Part shown: positions 1 to 9,941 of the stretch, one piece after another
Position numbering within the stretch: position 1 is the stretch's first letter
Layout of the letters: each line of letters opens with the position of its first letter
NCBI GenBank assembly: GCA_050294405.1
Contig: JBNKOC010000016.1
Location: forward strand, 96,001-160,000
DNA length: 64,000 nt
Reading direction: 5' to 3'
Source: Fibrobacteria bacterium
Lineage (GTDB): Bacteria; Fibrobacterota; Fibrobacteria; UBA11236; JADFYW01
Notes under the pieces: generated by a model
Databases searched by the model: none
Told to the model about the DNA's origin: nothing
What the model saw: only the letters and a program-made list of their open reading frames with translations
Position numbers and translations under genes: made by a program

Positions 1-913
1 ACTCGTTGTAATCTTCCGGGCCGTTTTGAGTTTCCCGAATATCCACCAAAGGCAGATAAACCGGGGAGTTAAACAAAGCCGCTAAAGGAATTGGATTCTT
101 GCGGCAAAAACAGGCCTTAACAAAGGGCTGAATTTGGCTTTGTATTTCTTTGGCTTCGTTTTGGTGGCCTTCGTTGTAAACCTGAATTAATTTTAAATAA
201 AGCGCAGCGGCTTCGGGAATGTTGCCAGTGGCTGTAATCATACCCCTGCCTCCCAAATTTAACATGCTGTACAAGGCGTCATCTTCGCCGGTTAAAACCG
301 AAAAAGATTTATAATTTACAGATGTTAGTATTTGCAGCGTGTCTTCGCGCATTTTTCCGGGGTTGATAAAATCAACGGCTTGCTTAAGACCTATAATATT
401 TGCATCCGAGGCCAATTCAATAATGGTTTCGGGTTCTAAATAGCTGTTAGTTCTTCCGGGAACATTGTATATCACAATATTGGAGCCTGTTTCTTTGACT
501 AAAGTTTTGAAATGGTTTACCAAACCCGCCTGCGGGGGATTGTTGTAGTATCCAGTAACACATAAAAAAGATAAAGGGCCCACCGATTTTTGAACATTGT
601 TCATGGTTTCTACGGACTCGCGAGTGCTGTTGGAGCCCGCCCCGGCAATTACCGGCACTCTGCCATTAACATATTCCACTGTAAATTTGATGAAATCTAT
701 ATGTTGCTGAGGAGTTACGGTAGCGCTTTGCCCGGTGGTTCCCATAGGTACAAGGCCACTAACACCTACCTCGATAAGATTGTCGATTAGGGTTTTTGCT
801 TTTTCGTAATCAATGCTGTTGTTAAGGCATAGGGGATCGTCGTACTTAAGCGGCGTAAAAATAGCCGGGAATACTCCTTGTAAATCCAGGGGAGTGTTGA
901 TTGTAGTAGCCAA
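1..913 (-). CDS. dapA: 4-hydroxy-tetrahydrodipicolinate synthase (3' end runs off the window)
   Basis: Not in the ORF track. Manual translation from TTG at 913 (AGGAG SD upstream) gives MATTINTPLDLQGVFPAIFTP...GLVPMGTTGQSAT...IVIYNVPGRT...IIGLKQA, which are DHDPS motifs. Confidence 0.93.
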   Translation of the reverse strand, partial: MATTINTPLDLQGVFPAIFTPLKYDDPLCLNNSIDYEKAKTLIDNLIEVGVSGLVPMGTTGQSATVTPQQHIDFIKFTVEYVNGRVPVIAGAGSNSTRESVETMNNVQKSVGPLSFLCVTGYYNNPPQAGLVNHFKTLVKETGSNIVIYNVPGRTNSYLEPETIIELASDANIIGLKQAVDFINPGKMREDTLQILTSVNYKSFSVLTGEDDALYSMLNLGGRGMITATGNIPEAAALYLKLIQVYNEGHQNEAKEIQSQIQPFVKACFCRKNPIPLAALFNSPVYLPLVDIRETQNGPEDYNE

Positions 914-1062
914 AAAAATCTCCTTATTAAACCCAGAGCCAAGTTCAAAGCAAAAATGACCGCCATCGCCCTGGAAAAACCTTTTAAAACAGCGGGATGA
1001 TAACCGCCTCTTACTAGAAAATTAATAAAATCCCCAAAACTTAGGAGGCAAAGTGCTTTATT

Positions 1063-2553
1063 TTAGCGCCAGGATTCCATAATTTTAAGACAATTCTGGC
1101 CCAATTCCGCCGCCCGCCCGGCGCTGCCTGCCTCTGTATAGCAGCGAAATTCAGGGGCATTTCCACTTGGCCGCAAGTGCACAATTTCTCCATTTTCCAG
1201 AAAAAATTTAATGCCGTCTGTATCGTTAAAATCCACAGCCGAAGAGAGTTTATTCTCAAACAAACCATTAAACTCCTCAAGGCATTTTTCTTTGGGTTTT
1301 TCCTTTAGGGATTTTAAAATGCTTTGGCTTTTTTCTGTGGGAAATTCCTTTAGGCGGTCGCTGTAGGTAAAACGAGGTGGCAGTGTTTTAAGCAGTTCAG
1401 CCAAACTTTTATTTTCTTGCTTCATCAGCCCCACAATTCCAAGGGCCACAATTAAAGTATCCCGTGTGGGCAGGGGCAACAGTTTTTTGCCTGCCTCCTG
1501 GCTGGGGGAATTGGTAAAAAAGCCGCCGTTGGCCTCGTATCCTACAACGGATTTAAAACCCTGTGCATTTCCCTTATCCATGGATTCAATAACAAAGGGA
1601 GAGCCAATGCGGGTTTTATCAACCTTCTTAAAATAGTTGCTGAGCTCCACGGCAGAATTACAGCTTACCGGAACAGAAACCCAATCGGCTTTTAGATAAC
1701 GGGCTACCAAAATTCCCGCCACATCGCCTCGGAGCCAATTGCCCTTCGCATCGGCAATCAGAGGTCTGTCGCTATCTCCATCTGTGGAAAAGAGCATATC
1801 ATAGTTGCCCTTTGAAGCCCATTCTTGGGCCAGTTTGGCATCTTCGGGTCGAATGGCTTCTGTGTCCACAGGAATAAATTTCTCGGCTCTTCCCAATCTT
1901 TCCACTTTTGCGCCGAGCTTTTCTAAGATTTGAGGAAGCAGGTCCCGGCCCACGGCGCTGTGCTGGTACATTCCGATGTTTAATCCCTTTAAAAAGTCTG
2001 AAGGGAAGTAATCTGTATAGCGTTTGCTGTAAAGCTGGGCGGCTTCATCATCCAGGGGAGGGATAAAAGAACCAGGCTCATAAAAGGACCCGGCATCATT
2101 AAAAAGGGAAGGGTCAATTTCCACCACTTGCTCCTTAATTCCCAGTTCATCACTCTTTAAAATTTCGCCTTTGGGAGAATTGAATTTAATGCCGTTTCTG
2201 TCGTCAGGAATATGGCTGCCAGTTACCATTATAGCAGGGATTTTTTTTAACAATCCCAAATAGGCCACAGCGGGGGAGGGAACTTTTCCAGAATTAATGG
2301 CCGTGTAGCCCTTATCTTGTATAGCCCTGGCCACGGCTTCCATTATTCTATCTGTGGAAGGACGCAAATCGCCGGCGATGGCAATGGAACTACCCTCTTT
2401 TAGCTCGTAGTTTTTTTCAAGATGCTGGATAAAAGCCTGTGTGTATAAATAACATATTTTATCTGCCATTTTTTCAACAAGGCCTCGGGCTCCGCTGGTG
2501 CCGAAGCCCACGCCGCTTTTTTCCATTACGTCGGTAATTTTATAGCTTTCCAT
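1063..2553 (-). CDS. Phosphomannomutase (ManB-like alpha-D-phosphohexomutase)
   Basis: FGTSGARG, TGSHIP phosphoserine loop, DGDSDR metal loop, GYEANGG, RPSGNAPE. ATG at 2553 is preferred over TTG at 2574. Confidence 0.92.
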   Translation of the reverse strand: MESYKITDVMEKSGVGFGTSGARGLVEKMADKICYLYTQAFIQHLEKNYELKEGSSIAIAGDLRPSTDRIMEAVARAIQDKGYTAINSGKVPSPAVAYLGLLKKIPAIMVTGSHIPDDRNGIKFNSPKGEILKSDELGIKEQVVEIDPSLFNDAGSFYEPGSFIPPLDDEAAQLYSKRYTDYFPSDFLKGLNIGMYQHSAVGRDLLPQILEKLGAKVERLGRAEKFIPVDTEAIRPEDAKLAQEWASKGNYDMLFSTDGDSDRPLIADAKGNWLRGDVAGILVARYLKADWVSVPVSCNSAVELSNYFKKVDKTRIGSPFVIESMDKGNAQGFKSVVGYEANGGFFTNSPSQEAGKKLLPLPTRDTLIVALGIVGLMKQENKSLAELLKTLPPRFTYSDRLKEFPTEKSQSILKSLKEKPKEKCLEEFNGLFENKLSSAVDFNDTDGIKFFLENGEIVHLRPSGNAPEFRCYTEAGSAGRAAELGQNCLKIMESWR

Positions 2554-2619
2554 ATTATCCGTTTCCTGTTTCAAAATATTAGATTTACAAAGGTAATTTA
2601 AAAATTAATAGAGGCCCTT

Positions 2620-4215
2620 ATGAGTTCGACCTGGAAAGAAGTATTATCACTGGAATTAGACGGTAAAGACAATAAAAAATTATTGGCCGAGATTCAAAAA
2701 ACCGCTCTGGAATCCACCGAAGATGTGGAAATTGTATTTGGCACTTCCGGGTGGAGGGCGGTAATTGGTGAGGAATATTCCCTTTACAATGTTCAGAAAG
2801 TAACCCGGGCTATTGTGGCAATGTATCGCAATGCGTCCGGCGAATTGCTAACCGAATTAGGCGTTGATAGTTTTGAGGACTTTGCCTCCAGGGGTGTTTT
2901 ATTGGGACACGACACCAGATACATGGGCGATGTATTTGCCAAAGGCGTAGCTACCGTACTCAACAAAGAAAAAATTAAAATTTTCTACTGCGCTGTGGCC
3001 ACCACACCGGAGTTTTCGGCGGCGGTGCCCGAAGATGACTTTGCCTGCTCTATCAACCTTACGCCCAGCCACAATCCAGGCAATTACGGAGGGTATAAGT
3101 TTAATCCTGCGGATGGAGGTCCAGCGGGCCCTCTTATTACTAAAGCTATTGAAGCCGAAATTTTAAAAATAAATGACAAACATATTTTGCCCGTAAAATC
3201 AGTGAGATGGGATAATTACGATATTCTATCCGCCTATATTGACTTTGTAAATAACAATGACTTTGTGGATCTTGAATTTTGCAGGGAAATGGCCAAAGGA
3301 AAAATGGCTTTGGCTCATGATGCTGTTTATGGCGCCACTAAAGGAAGACCCGACGTTATTCTAGGCAACCCGCCTTCGCTAAAAACATTTCGAACCAAAG
3401 ATAATCCGCTTTTTGGCGGGGCGGCTCCCGAACCCTCTGTTAATAACATGGCCGAATTGGTGGCGTATATTGATGCCCAGCCACAGGAATTAAAATTAGG
3501 TGTTATAATGGATCCAGATGGCGACAGAGTGCGTTTTTACGATGGGCAAGAACATATTAGCATGAATCAATTCGGAGCCATTGCCTTTGATTACATTGTG
3601 AATGTCCGGAAAAAAGAGGGTGGGGTGGCCAAGTCCGTAGCCACTTCTAATTTGATAAATGCTCTGGCGAAAAAATACAATCGCCCCCTTTATGAAACCG
3701 CAGTGGGTTTTAAAAATTTCCGTCCCTATTTGTCTGAAGGTACACAAAAACCCGCTTTGGTTTGTTTTGAAGAAAGTGACGGGATTTCGGGTTATGGAAA
3801 TACTCTTGAAAAAGACGCTCAAATTGGTTTTTTGTTAGCCATCGAAATTATAGGAAAAACCGGTAAAAGTTTGAGTGATCATTTACATCGCATTCAGGAA
3901 GATGTGGGTCAATATTTTCCCTTGCGCAAAGGATTTGAAGTGGAATCCATTAAACAGGTAAAACCCGTAATGGAACAATTAAAAACCGAATTTGTAGCAG
4001 GAAAAGATATTGAAGTAGGCGGAAATAAAAAGAGTATTGTTGAAGCCATAACTCTGGATGGACTAAAACTTGTTTTTGAAGACAGTTCCTGGATGCTGAT
4101 TCGCCCCTCTGGCACAGAACCAAAGGTGCGGGTTTATACAGAATCCCAAAATTTGGAGCAATCTGAACTTTTGTTTGAAGCGGCTAAAAATCTGTTTTTT
4201 ACCAAACTCAAATAA
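2620..4215 (+). CDS. Phosphoglucomutase/phosphomannomutase family protein
   Basis: FGTSGWR, TPSHNP, DPDGDR, FEESDG and RPSGTEP motifs. Confidence 0.92.
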   Translation: MSSTWKEVLSLELDGKDNKKLLAEIQKTALESTEDVEIVFGTSGWRAVIGEEYSLYNVQKVTRAIVAMYRNASGELLTELGVDSFEDFASRGVLLGHDTRYMGDVFAKGVATVLNKEKIKIFYCAVATTPEFSAAVPEDDFACSINLTPSHNPGNYGGYKFNPADGGPAGPLITKAIEAEILKINDKHILPVKSVRWDNYDILSAYIDFVNNNDFVDLEFCREMAKGKMALAHDAVYGATKGRPDVILGNPPSLKTFRTKDNPLFGGAAPEPSVNNMAELVAYIDAQPQELKLGVIMDPDGDRVRFYDGQEHISMNQFGAIAFDYIVNVRKKEGGVAKSVATSNLINALAKKYNRPLYETAVGFKNFRPYLSEGTQKPALVCFEESDGISGYGNTLEKDAQIGFLLAIEIIGKTGKSLSDHLHRIQEDVGQYFPLRKGFEVESIKQVKPVMEQLKTEFVAGKDIEVGGNKKSIVEAITLDGLKLVFEDSSWMLIRPSGTEPKVRVYTESQNLEQSELLFEAAKNLFFTKLK

Positions 4216-4342
4216 TCCAAAAATCCCCCTTAATCTACCTTTGTTTTCCTAAAAACAGCTAAAATTGAGTCAAAGCCAGCTCGGTTTAGCTTTACAAATT
4301 TTAAAACGGTGGTACAATTGTTGAGACCGGTTATCAGCCAAT

Positions 4343-4705
4343 ATGGAAACAATAAAACACAGTCTTGATTTTTGTGAAATGGAACTTCATCCAAAATTTA
4401 TGATTTTGGAAGTCGGCCAGGGTGTGGATCTCAGCAAGGAACAGTTGGAAGATATTTTCAAAATTGCCGACGATTTTTATCAGGGCCAGGAATACATTTT
4501 AATCAGCCACCGCAAAAATGAGTATAGTATAAACCCTCTTGTGGCCAAAGCTTTGCAGCTTAAATCTGCTATAAAAAATGTTGCTGTGGTGGCATACCGG
4601 GATAATACAGTGCGCAATGTTAAAATTGAAAAAGCCGTATTCCAAACGGATATGAACTTGTTTTCCAACTTGGATGATGCTATCAGCTGGGCATGTAATT
4701 ATTAA
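4343..4705 (+). CDS. Small STAS/SEC14 (SpoIIAA-like) domain protein
   Basis: 120 aa with 'YSINP', 'VAVV' and C-terminal 'F.NLDDAISW' pattern typical of SpoIIAA-like proteins. Confidence 0.6.
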   Translation: METIKHSLDFCEMELHPKFMILEVGQGVDLSKEQLEDIFKIADDFYQGQEYILISHRKNEYSINPLVAKALQLKSAIKNVAVVAYRDNTVRNVKIEKAVFQTDMNLFSNLDDAISWACNY

Positions 4706-4907
4706 AGGCTTTCTATAGCCGCACTAACATACCAGTAACACTTAGCTGTTTTGGACCTCCGACATGCATAAACCCAAGTTGGGAGTTAAATTTCTATTTT
4801 GCCATTAGCACCCAAGTGATTATTTCAAAATAACACTTGCCTTTGTCCATTGAGAATTATCTTTAATTTTAAAAAGAGCTGATTGGTTATAGATAAAATG
4901 GTTTAAG

Positions 4908-5450
4908 ATGTCCGGATTAAAAAATAAACATATACTGCTGAAAGAAATTAAACTCGAAGATGAGGAGTGGCTTTTTCAATTAAACAGTAATCCTGTGGTG
5001 ATGAAATTTTTTCCTTCGGTTTTAAACCGCTTGCAAAATAATGAGCTTCTCAAAGCCATAATGGATCACCATGCAAAGCATGGTTTCGGAGTTTACAAAA
5101 TTGCTTCTGGCAAGGGAAAGCCTATGGGAATGCTGGGTTTAAACAGAGTGGGTTTCAAAAGTTTTTTTACGCCTTCTGTGGAAATTTTATGGCGGCTGTT
5201 TCCGGAGTATTGGAATAAGGGAATAGCAACATATGCTGCCTTGAAATGTATGGAAATAGCTGAGTTTACTTTGAAATTAAATGAAGTGGTGGCCTTTACC
5301 TCCATTCACAATTTGCCCTCCCGAAAAGTTATGGAAAAAATTGGTATGGAGAAATTAGCAGTTTTTAATCATCCGAAAATTATCCCAGGCCATTGGCTCT
5401 CTAGCCATATTTTGTATAAAAAAGTATTTTTAGAAACACTAAAAACTTAA
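4908..5450 (+). CDS. GNAT N-acetyltransferase, RimJ/RimL type
   Basis: EILWRL..EYWNKGIAT acetyl-CoA motif and 'NLPSRKVMEKIGM'. Confidence 0.88.
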   Translation: MSGLKNKHILLKEIKLEDEEWLFQLNSNPVVMKFFPSVLNRLQNNELLKAIMDHHAKHGFGVYKIASGKGKPMGMLGLNRVGFKSFFTPSVEILWRLFPEYWNKGIATYAALKCMEIAEFTLKLNEVVAFTSIHNLPSRKVMEKIGMEKLAVFNHPKIIPGHWLSSHILYKKVFLETLKT

Positions 5451-5495
5451 GGCGTTTTTGAACTAAAAATAGTGTCAATTTTCCGGGAATAGATA

Positions 5496-8400
5496 ATGGC
5501 TAATTTTCAATCTAAGTACGATTATTCAGATGAAGCCACGTTAATCAAAGATTATGGGGAAAAGTGGCCTGATAAATGGAAAAGTAAAAGGCTGGGGAAT
5601 GATGATTTTGATGGAAAGGCTGCAGCTTATGGCGATTGCACCTCTAAAGGCTTTTCTTCTGAACACTTGTTGGATTTTGATATATCAAAATATGGGCTGG
5701 CAACCAAAAGAACCATCAGGGTTAACAAAATCATTTATGAGTTATTAGACAGTGTTTTCCATGAAATAGCGAAGCTCAAATTTTATGAGATCCGAATTGT
5801 TTGGGGGCACTTATTCCGCTACAAAAAGTCTGCTTCAAACAGAACTAACATTCAGAATGGGTCCGACTATGAAGTAGTAAAAAAGTGGTTGGTAGATGAA
5901 AGGGGTATTCCGCAGGCTGATATTGATACTTATTGGAATAAGCATTGGGCGGAAATGGCTGCCATATATGATAGCGGACATAACAGATTAAAAAAAGCAG
6001 AGCTTTCCAATCATAGCTTTGGTACGGCAATTGATATAAACTCTCCTGAAAATGACTTTGGTTCAAAAGTTTGGGACATGCCTCCAGAAATTGTGAAAAT
6101 ATTTTTGGCTCATGGGTTTGCCTGGGGAGGCTTTTTTCAAACCAAAGACGCCATGCATTTTGAATATTTAATAAATGGCAGCATGGCCGTACCGCCTCAG
6201 TTAACTCATTTAAGCATGCCAATGGATATTATTTTAGATTCAACATTTACCCGAAACAACCTGGACAAAATTTATTCCATTACGGAAAATGAACAAAGCT
6301 CAGGTTTTTTTCCTGTGGGGGCTAACACTGTTTGGCACGGTGGGCTTCATTTAGAGAGAACAGTTAAAACCCCAATATATTCAGTGGCAGCTGGCCGAAT
6401 AATATGCGCAAGGCTGGATAAAAAGGGAGCTAACAACCTGAAAAATGGTTCCCGAAATTTTGTGCTAATAGAACATAAACAAGAAGATGGAACTAAGTGG
6501 TACTCCCTTTACATGCATTTGTTATCTGTGGATTTTAACGCAGAAAATTTTCATACCCAAAGGCTAAAATGGCTATTGGATAGAGAGGAAATAAAAAACT
6601 CAGTTCAAGTTAAAGCTGGCTATATAAAAAGGTCTGGTCCCTCCCAAAGCAGCCAATCTTTAGGGGGAACATCAACCGGTGCCGTATACATAAAATTAGG
6701 CCAGGAAGGTTCATGGATCCACTTAAAAGACGAAGAGGAAAAAGAGTTTTATATCACCCAAAACGGCGTTATTGGAGATGTAACTGGGTATAAAAAAATT
6801 ATTAAAAAATCTGCGGAAGAAAATCCAGGCGAGGTATTGCAGCTGAATCATCCCGTGATTCCAGGTGAAATTATTGGATATATGGGGGAATTTGGAATTA
6901 GCTCAAATAGAAAGCCAATGGTTCACTGGGAAATTTTTTCTGAAAAATTAATTGGAACAGGCTGGAAAACGGCAACGGATAATGATTCGGACTACGCATG
7001 CGATTCAGATGAAATAATAAAATTAATAGATTCAGCATCCGGTCTTAAAACGGGAGAGCTTGATGCGCAAGAGATTATAAATTTTTACAGGGACACTGAA
7101 AGGTCAAAAAAAGTAAGAGAGTACGCTTGCAAGTTTATTTCCGAATGGGGGGTAGATTGGGAAGCCGCATTGCAAAAGCTTGGAACAAAATTCAAAATTG
7201 TGGATGGCGTTAATGCTGAAGATTTAAAGCCTTATGTTTTTTGGGATTCTGCTAAAGCTAAAGGAGTGGAGCTGCCTTCAAGTAAGTTGGTTTATCACTA
7301 TAACCCAATTAGGTTTTTAGAAAGATTAGCCCCGCCCCTGAAATCAGTGGAAGAAACAATAGTCAGCCCTGATGTTACTTTTCCTTTCAAAAAAGGGGAT
7401 TATGATGATGTGGGCGTTCAAAATTATCCCAGCAAAAAAGTAGCTGGGGCAGGCTACAAGGAGGGTACTCCGATTCATGATATTCAAAAAATGCTGGATG
7501 AATTTGGATTTGACCAAGTTTGGAAAGCCGATGGTGATTATGGAAAAAAAACGGAGGCGGCAGTTCGAGATTTTCAACGGGCCGCTTGCACAGATGTTAG
7601 GCTTGTTGATGAATCAGATGAGATTGTAGAGATTACCTTTAAAGGAGAAGTTACCGGAAAGGTGGATAGCGACACTTATGCTGAAATAGAGTATTGGAAA
7701 AAGATGAATTACCGGGTAGCCATTGGTATGTATGGTCCAATTTCCACAGTAGCTCTTCCGTACTATAACGGAGAATACGATGATGTTGCTGTTGAAAAAT
7801 ATATTAAACCAGAAATCCCATTTATGGGATACAGGGAGGGGTCTGATATATATAAGATTCAATCCTATTTGCAAAAATTTGGATTTTCTCAGGTTGGAAA
7901 TGCGGATGGCGATTTTGGCCCTAAAACTCTTGAGGCTGTAATTGAATTTCAAGAGATATCAAACGAACCTTATCGTCAGCAAAATGGGCAAAAAATAGAA
8001 GTGGAAACCGGAGAACCCCTTATCACTACAGGTGAAGTAGATTTCTTTACGGTAATGGAAATGAACCATTGGCTGGAGATGAATTATAAGAAGCCCGAAG
8101 CTCCTTGCGATTGCCTTGCGCCGCAGGAGAATTTTCCCTATAGCGATGATACCTTTGCCTTAATTGAATCCTTGTCAGAGCTTATTAATTTTTATTCTAC
8201 TAAGTACGATGTTCCTCCTGTAGCCGTCGCAGGATCCATAGCAGATGAATATAATACCAGAACAGGCGCTAAGGCAGTAGTGGACTGGATTCAGGATGAG
8301 GTGTTGCTCGATTTTATGCCAAATTTTGCAATTGAAGTGGATGCCTATTTTGGCTTTCAAAGCAAATTGTTAAATGCCACCAAGCATGACATTGGCCTTG

Positions 8401-8753
8401 GCAATATTAAAATTGAGACTGCAAAAGAAATATATGAGCAGTATCCGCAGGAATTTGAAAATAAAAACATGGACTATAGCGATATTGTCGATTACATAAT
8501 GTCGAATGAGGGCACTGTGCATATGGCTGCGTTGGTGATAAGAAAAGCCAAGAAAATTTTTGAGTTTGACGTGTTGGACAAGCCTCAAGGCGATGTTGAA
8601 GCTATATATGTTACTTATTATAAACAAGGTGATTCCTATGTGGATAGGTATAATGCGAAAAAATTAACAGATCCTTCCCATGATTTAAAACCAGGGGAGG
8701 GTTGCAGAGTTTGTTTGCAGCGGGAAAAATTTTTGAATATCTTATCTCCCTAA
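5496..8753 (+). CDS. Multidomain peptidoglycan hydrolase: M15 peptidase + M23-like peptidase with SH3-like insert + two PG-binding modules + lysozyme/SLT-like C-terminal domain
   Basis: SNHSFGTAIDIN and WGG..DAMHFE (M15). WHGGLHL, YSLYMHL, GEIIGYMG, VHWEIF (M23-like). Two ADG(D)YG/FG..T..AV..FQ modules (PG_binding_1). C-terminal AVAGSIADE..DIGLGNIK..YY.G. No signal peptide. Confidence 0.8.
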   Translation: MANFQSKYDYSDEATLIKDYGEKWPDKWKSKRLGNDDFDGKAAAYGDCTSKGFSSEHLLDFDISKYGLATKRTIRVNKIIYELLDSVFHEIAKLKFYEIRIVWGHLFRYKKSASNRTNIQNGSDYEVVKKWLVDERGIPQADIDTYWNKHWAEMAAIYDSGHNRLKKAELSNHSFGTAIDINSPENDFGSKVWDMPPEIVKIFLAHGFAWGGFFQTKDAMHFEYLINGSMAVPPQLTHLSMPMDIILDSTFTRNNLDKIYSITENEQSSGFFPVGANTVWHGGLHLERTVKTPIYSVAAGRIICARLDKKGANNLKNGSRNFVLIEHKQEDGTKWYSLYMHLLSVDFNAENFHTQRLKWLLDREEIKNSVQVKAGYIKRSGPSQSSQSLGGTSTGAVYIKLGQEGSWIHLKDEEEKEFYITQNGVIGDVTGYKKIIKKSAEENPGEVLQLNHPVIPGEIIGYMGEFGISSNRKPMVHWEIFSEKLIGTGWKTATDNDSDYACDSDEIIKLIDSASGLKTGELDAQEIINFYRDTERSKKVREYACKFISEWGVDWEAALQKLGTKFKIVDGVNAEDLKPYVFWDSAKAKGVELPSSKLVYHYNPIRFLERLAPPLKSVEETIVSPDVTFPFKKGDYDDVGVQNYPSKKVAGAGYKEGTPIHDIQKMLDEFGFDQVWKADGDYGKKTEAAVRDFQRAACTDVRLVDESDEIVEITFKGEVTGKVDSDTYAEIEYWKKMNYRVAIGMYGPISTVALPYYNGEYDDVAVEKYIKPEIPFMGYREGSDIYKIQSYLQKFGFSQVGNADGDFGPKTLEAVIEFQEISNEPYRQQNGQKIEVETGEPLITTGEVDFFTVMEMNHWLEMNYKKPEAPCDCLAPQENFPYSDDTFALIESLSELINFYSTKYDVPPVAVAGSIADEYNTRTGAKAVVDWIQDEVLLDFMPNFAIEVDAYFGFQSKLLNATKHDIGLGNIKIETAKEIYEQYPQEFENKNMDYSDIVDYIMSNEGTVHMAALVIRKAKKIFEFDVLDKPQGDVEAIYVTYYKQGDSYVDRYNAKKLTDPSHDLKPGEGCRVCLQREKFLNILSP
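7374..8090 (+). repeat. Internal tandem duplication of an ~115-125 aa PG-binding module within the hydrolase
   Basis: VTFPFKKGDYDDVGVQNY..IHDIQKMLDEFGF..ADGDYGKKT..YWKKMNY (about 7374-7713) versus VALPYYNGEYDDVAVEKY..IYKIQSYLQKFGF..ADGDFGPKT..HWLEMNY (about 7749-8090). Confidence 0.85.
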
Positions 8754-8764
8754 ATTTAACAAAC

Positions 8765-9136
8765 ATGCCATTTATATATTATTTCTGCTTCTTAATTCTA
8801 ACTCTGGCGGTTTGGCAATTCCTTAACAAGTCAATTTCAGCAAAACCGGTAAAAGGAATTGTCGCGGTGGGTGTTTTTGCAATAATTAGTTTAGGAGCCG
8901 CCTTTTTAATGAAATTCCATATTAGGCCTTCTTCGAAACCTATGATGGATTTTGCCTTTTATTTCGGAATTAGTTTCATATTAGTTATAGAATCAATTGG
9001 AGCAAGTATAGTATTCGAAGATAGGCTTGCTTTAAAGCTTAAAAAATTTTCCAGATGGATAGTATTATTGATTTCAGTTTTTTTTATTCATTTGCTCAGC
9101 TTTTTTGTCCTTGTTGGACTTTATCCAGGTAGCTAA
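8765..9136 (+). CDS. Small integral membrane protein (about 4 TM), candidate immunity/accessory protein
   Basis: Four hydrophobic stretches. ATG at 8765 lies 11 nt after the hydrolase stop, so the longer ORF-track start is unlikely. Confidence 0.6.
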   Translation: MPFIYYFCFLILTLAVWQFLNKSISAKPVKGIVAVGVFAIISLGAAFLMKFHIRPSSKPMMDFAFYFGISFILVIESIGASIVFEDRLALKLKKFSRWIVLLISVFFIHLLSFFVLVGLYPGS

Positions 9137-9140
9137 ATAA

Positions 9141-9926
9141 GTGAAAATGAAGTTGATCATACTAATTTTTTTAGCCGGAAACAGCTTTGTCTCTGGAGGC
9201 TCCTTAATAAATTTTAATTCAAATATTAGTTGGGCGAATCAATATTTGGTAATAACTTCTTCGGATACAAATCCAGCTCCCAATTGTAGCAATGAGAAAA
9301 TATTGGAAAGTAAATACTTTTCAAATTTAAAAAACGGGTTTTATGTATGTGTGGGCTACAAATCCAATTATTTAAGTAACTCCGTAAATTATAAAGAACA
9401 GCAGAAATTAAAAAAGTCCTATGTGAAGTTTTCCGGGTTTTTTACAGATACAAACAGCGATTTCACAGGATCAAATGATTTGTGGTTTTTAAAGCAACAC
9501 AATAGCAACTCCTTTTTAGCTGGATATTGGATTCCTCCTGAGAAGGCTAAAAAAGATACGCCTTTGGAGTTGGAACCCATTGGCGAGGTTAGGCTTAAAT
9601 TTTCCCTTGGAAAGCAAATAGTTTGGGACACAAGTTTTACTTCAGCCATAATTCCCGAAGTAAAAATGTACGAACTGGATAGTTCTAACTTTGTATATGA
9701 TTTTAAAAATTATTATCCCGGTGGCAAGAGTGAGGTATTAGCAGTCTTTTCCAATAGCGATTCAATAGTTTTTTACGAAGAACTTTTTTCTGAAGGAGAT
9801 GCCAATAATTTTGAAATATCTGAATTTGTTATTAATGAAAGAGAGGCCTATATAACAAAATCTATTTCAGAAAGTGGGATAGGGAAGTTGGAAAAAAAAG
9901 TTTGGAATGGCAAAACATTCCAGTAA
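9141..9926 (+). CDS. Exported hypothetical protein, candidate periplasmic immunity protein
   Basis: N-terminal MKMKLIILIFLAG.. signal peptide. AT-rich and tightly coupled to the upstream genes. Confidence 0.6.
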   Translation: MKMKLIILIFLAGNSFVSGGSLINFNSNISWANQYLVITSSDTNPAPNCSNEKILESKYFSNLKNGFYVCVGYKSNYLSNSVNYKEQQKLKKSYVKFSGFFTDTNSDFTGSNDLWFLKQHNSNSFLAGYWIPPEKAKKDTPLELEPIGEVRLKFSLGKQIVWDTSFTSAIIPEVKMYELDSSNFVYDFKNYYPGGKSEVLAVFSNSDSIVFYEELFSEGDANNFEISEFVINEREAYITKSISESGIGKLEKKVWNGKTFQ

Positions 9927-9941
9927 TTTTAAACAGCCTGT

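Noticed and set aside
914..1062. Possible lysine riboswitch upstream of dapA (AGAGGC on minus strand)
   Set aside because: Only about 90 nt are available from that motif to the SD, too short for the aptamer, and no matching helices were found.
5496..9136. Prophage lysis cassette (endolysin + holin) interpretation
   Set aside because: No phage structural, integrase or replication genes nearby, and the protein is far larger than typical endolysins. A holin role for the 4-TM protein is not strictly excluded.
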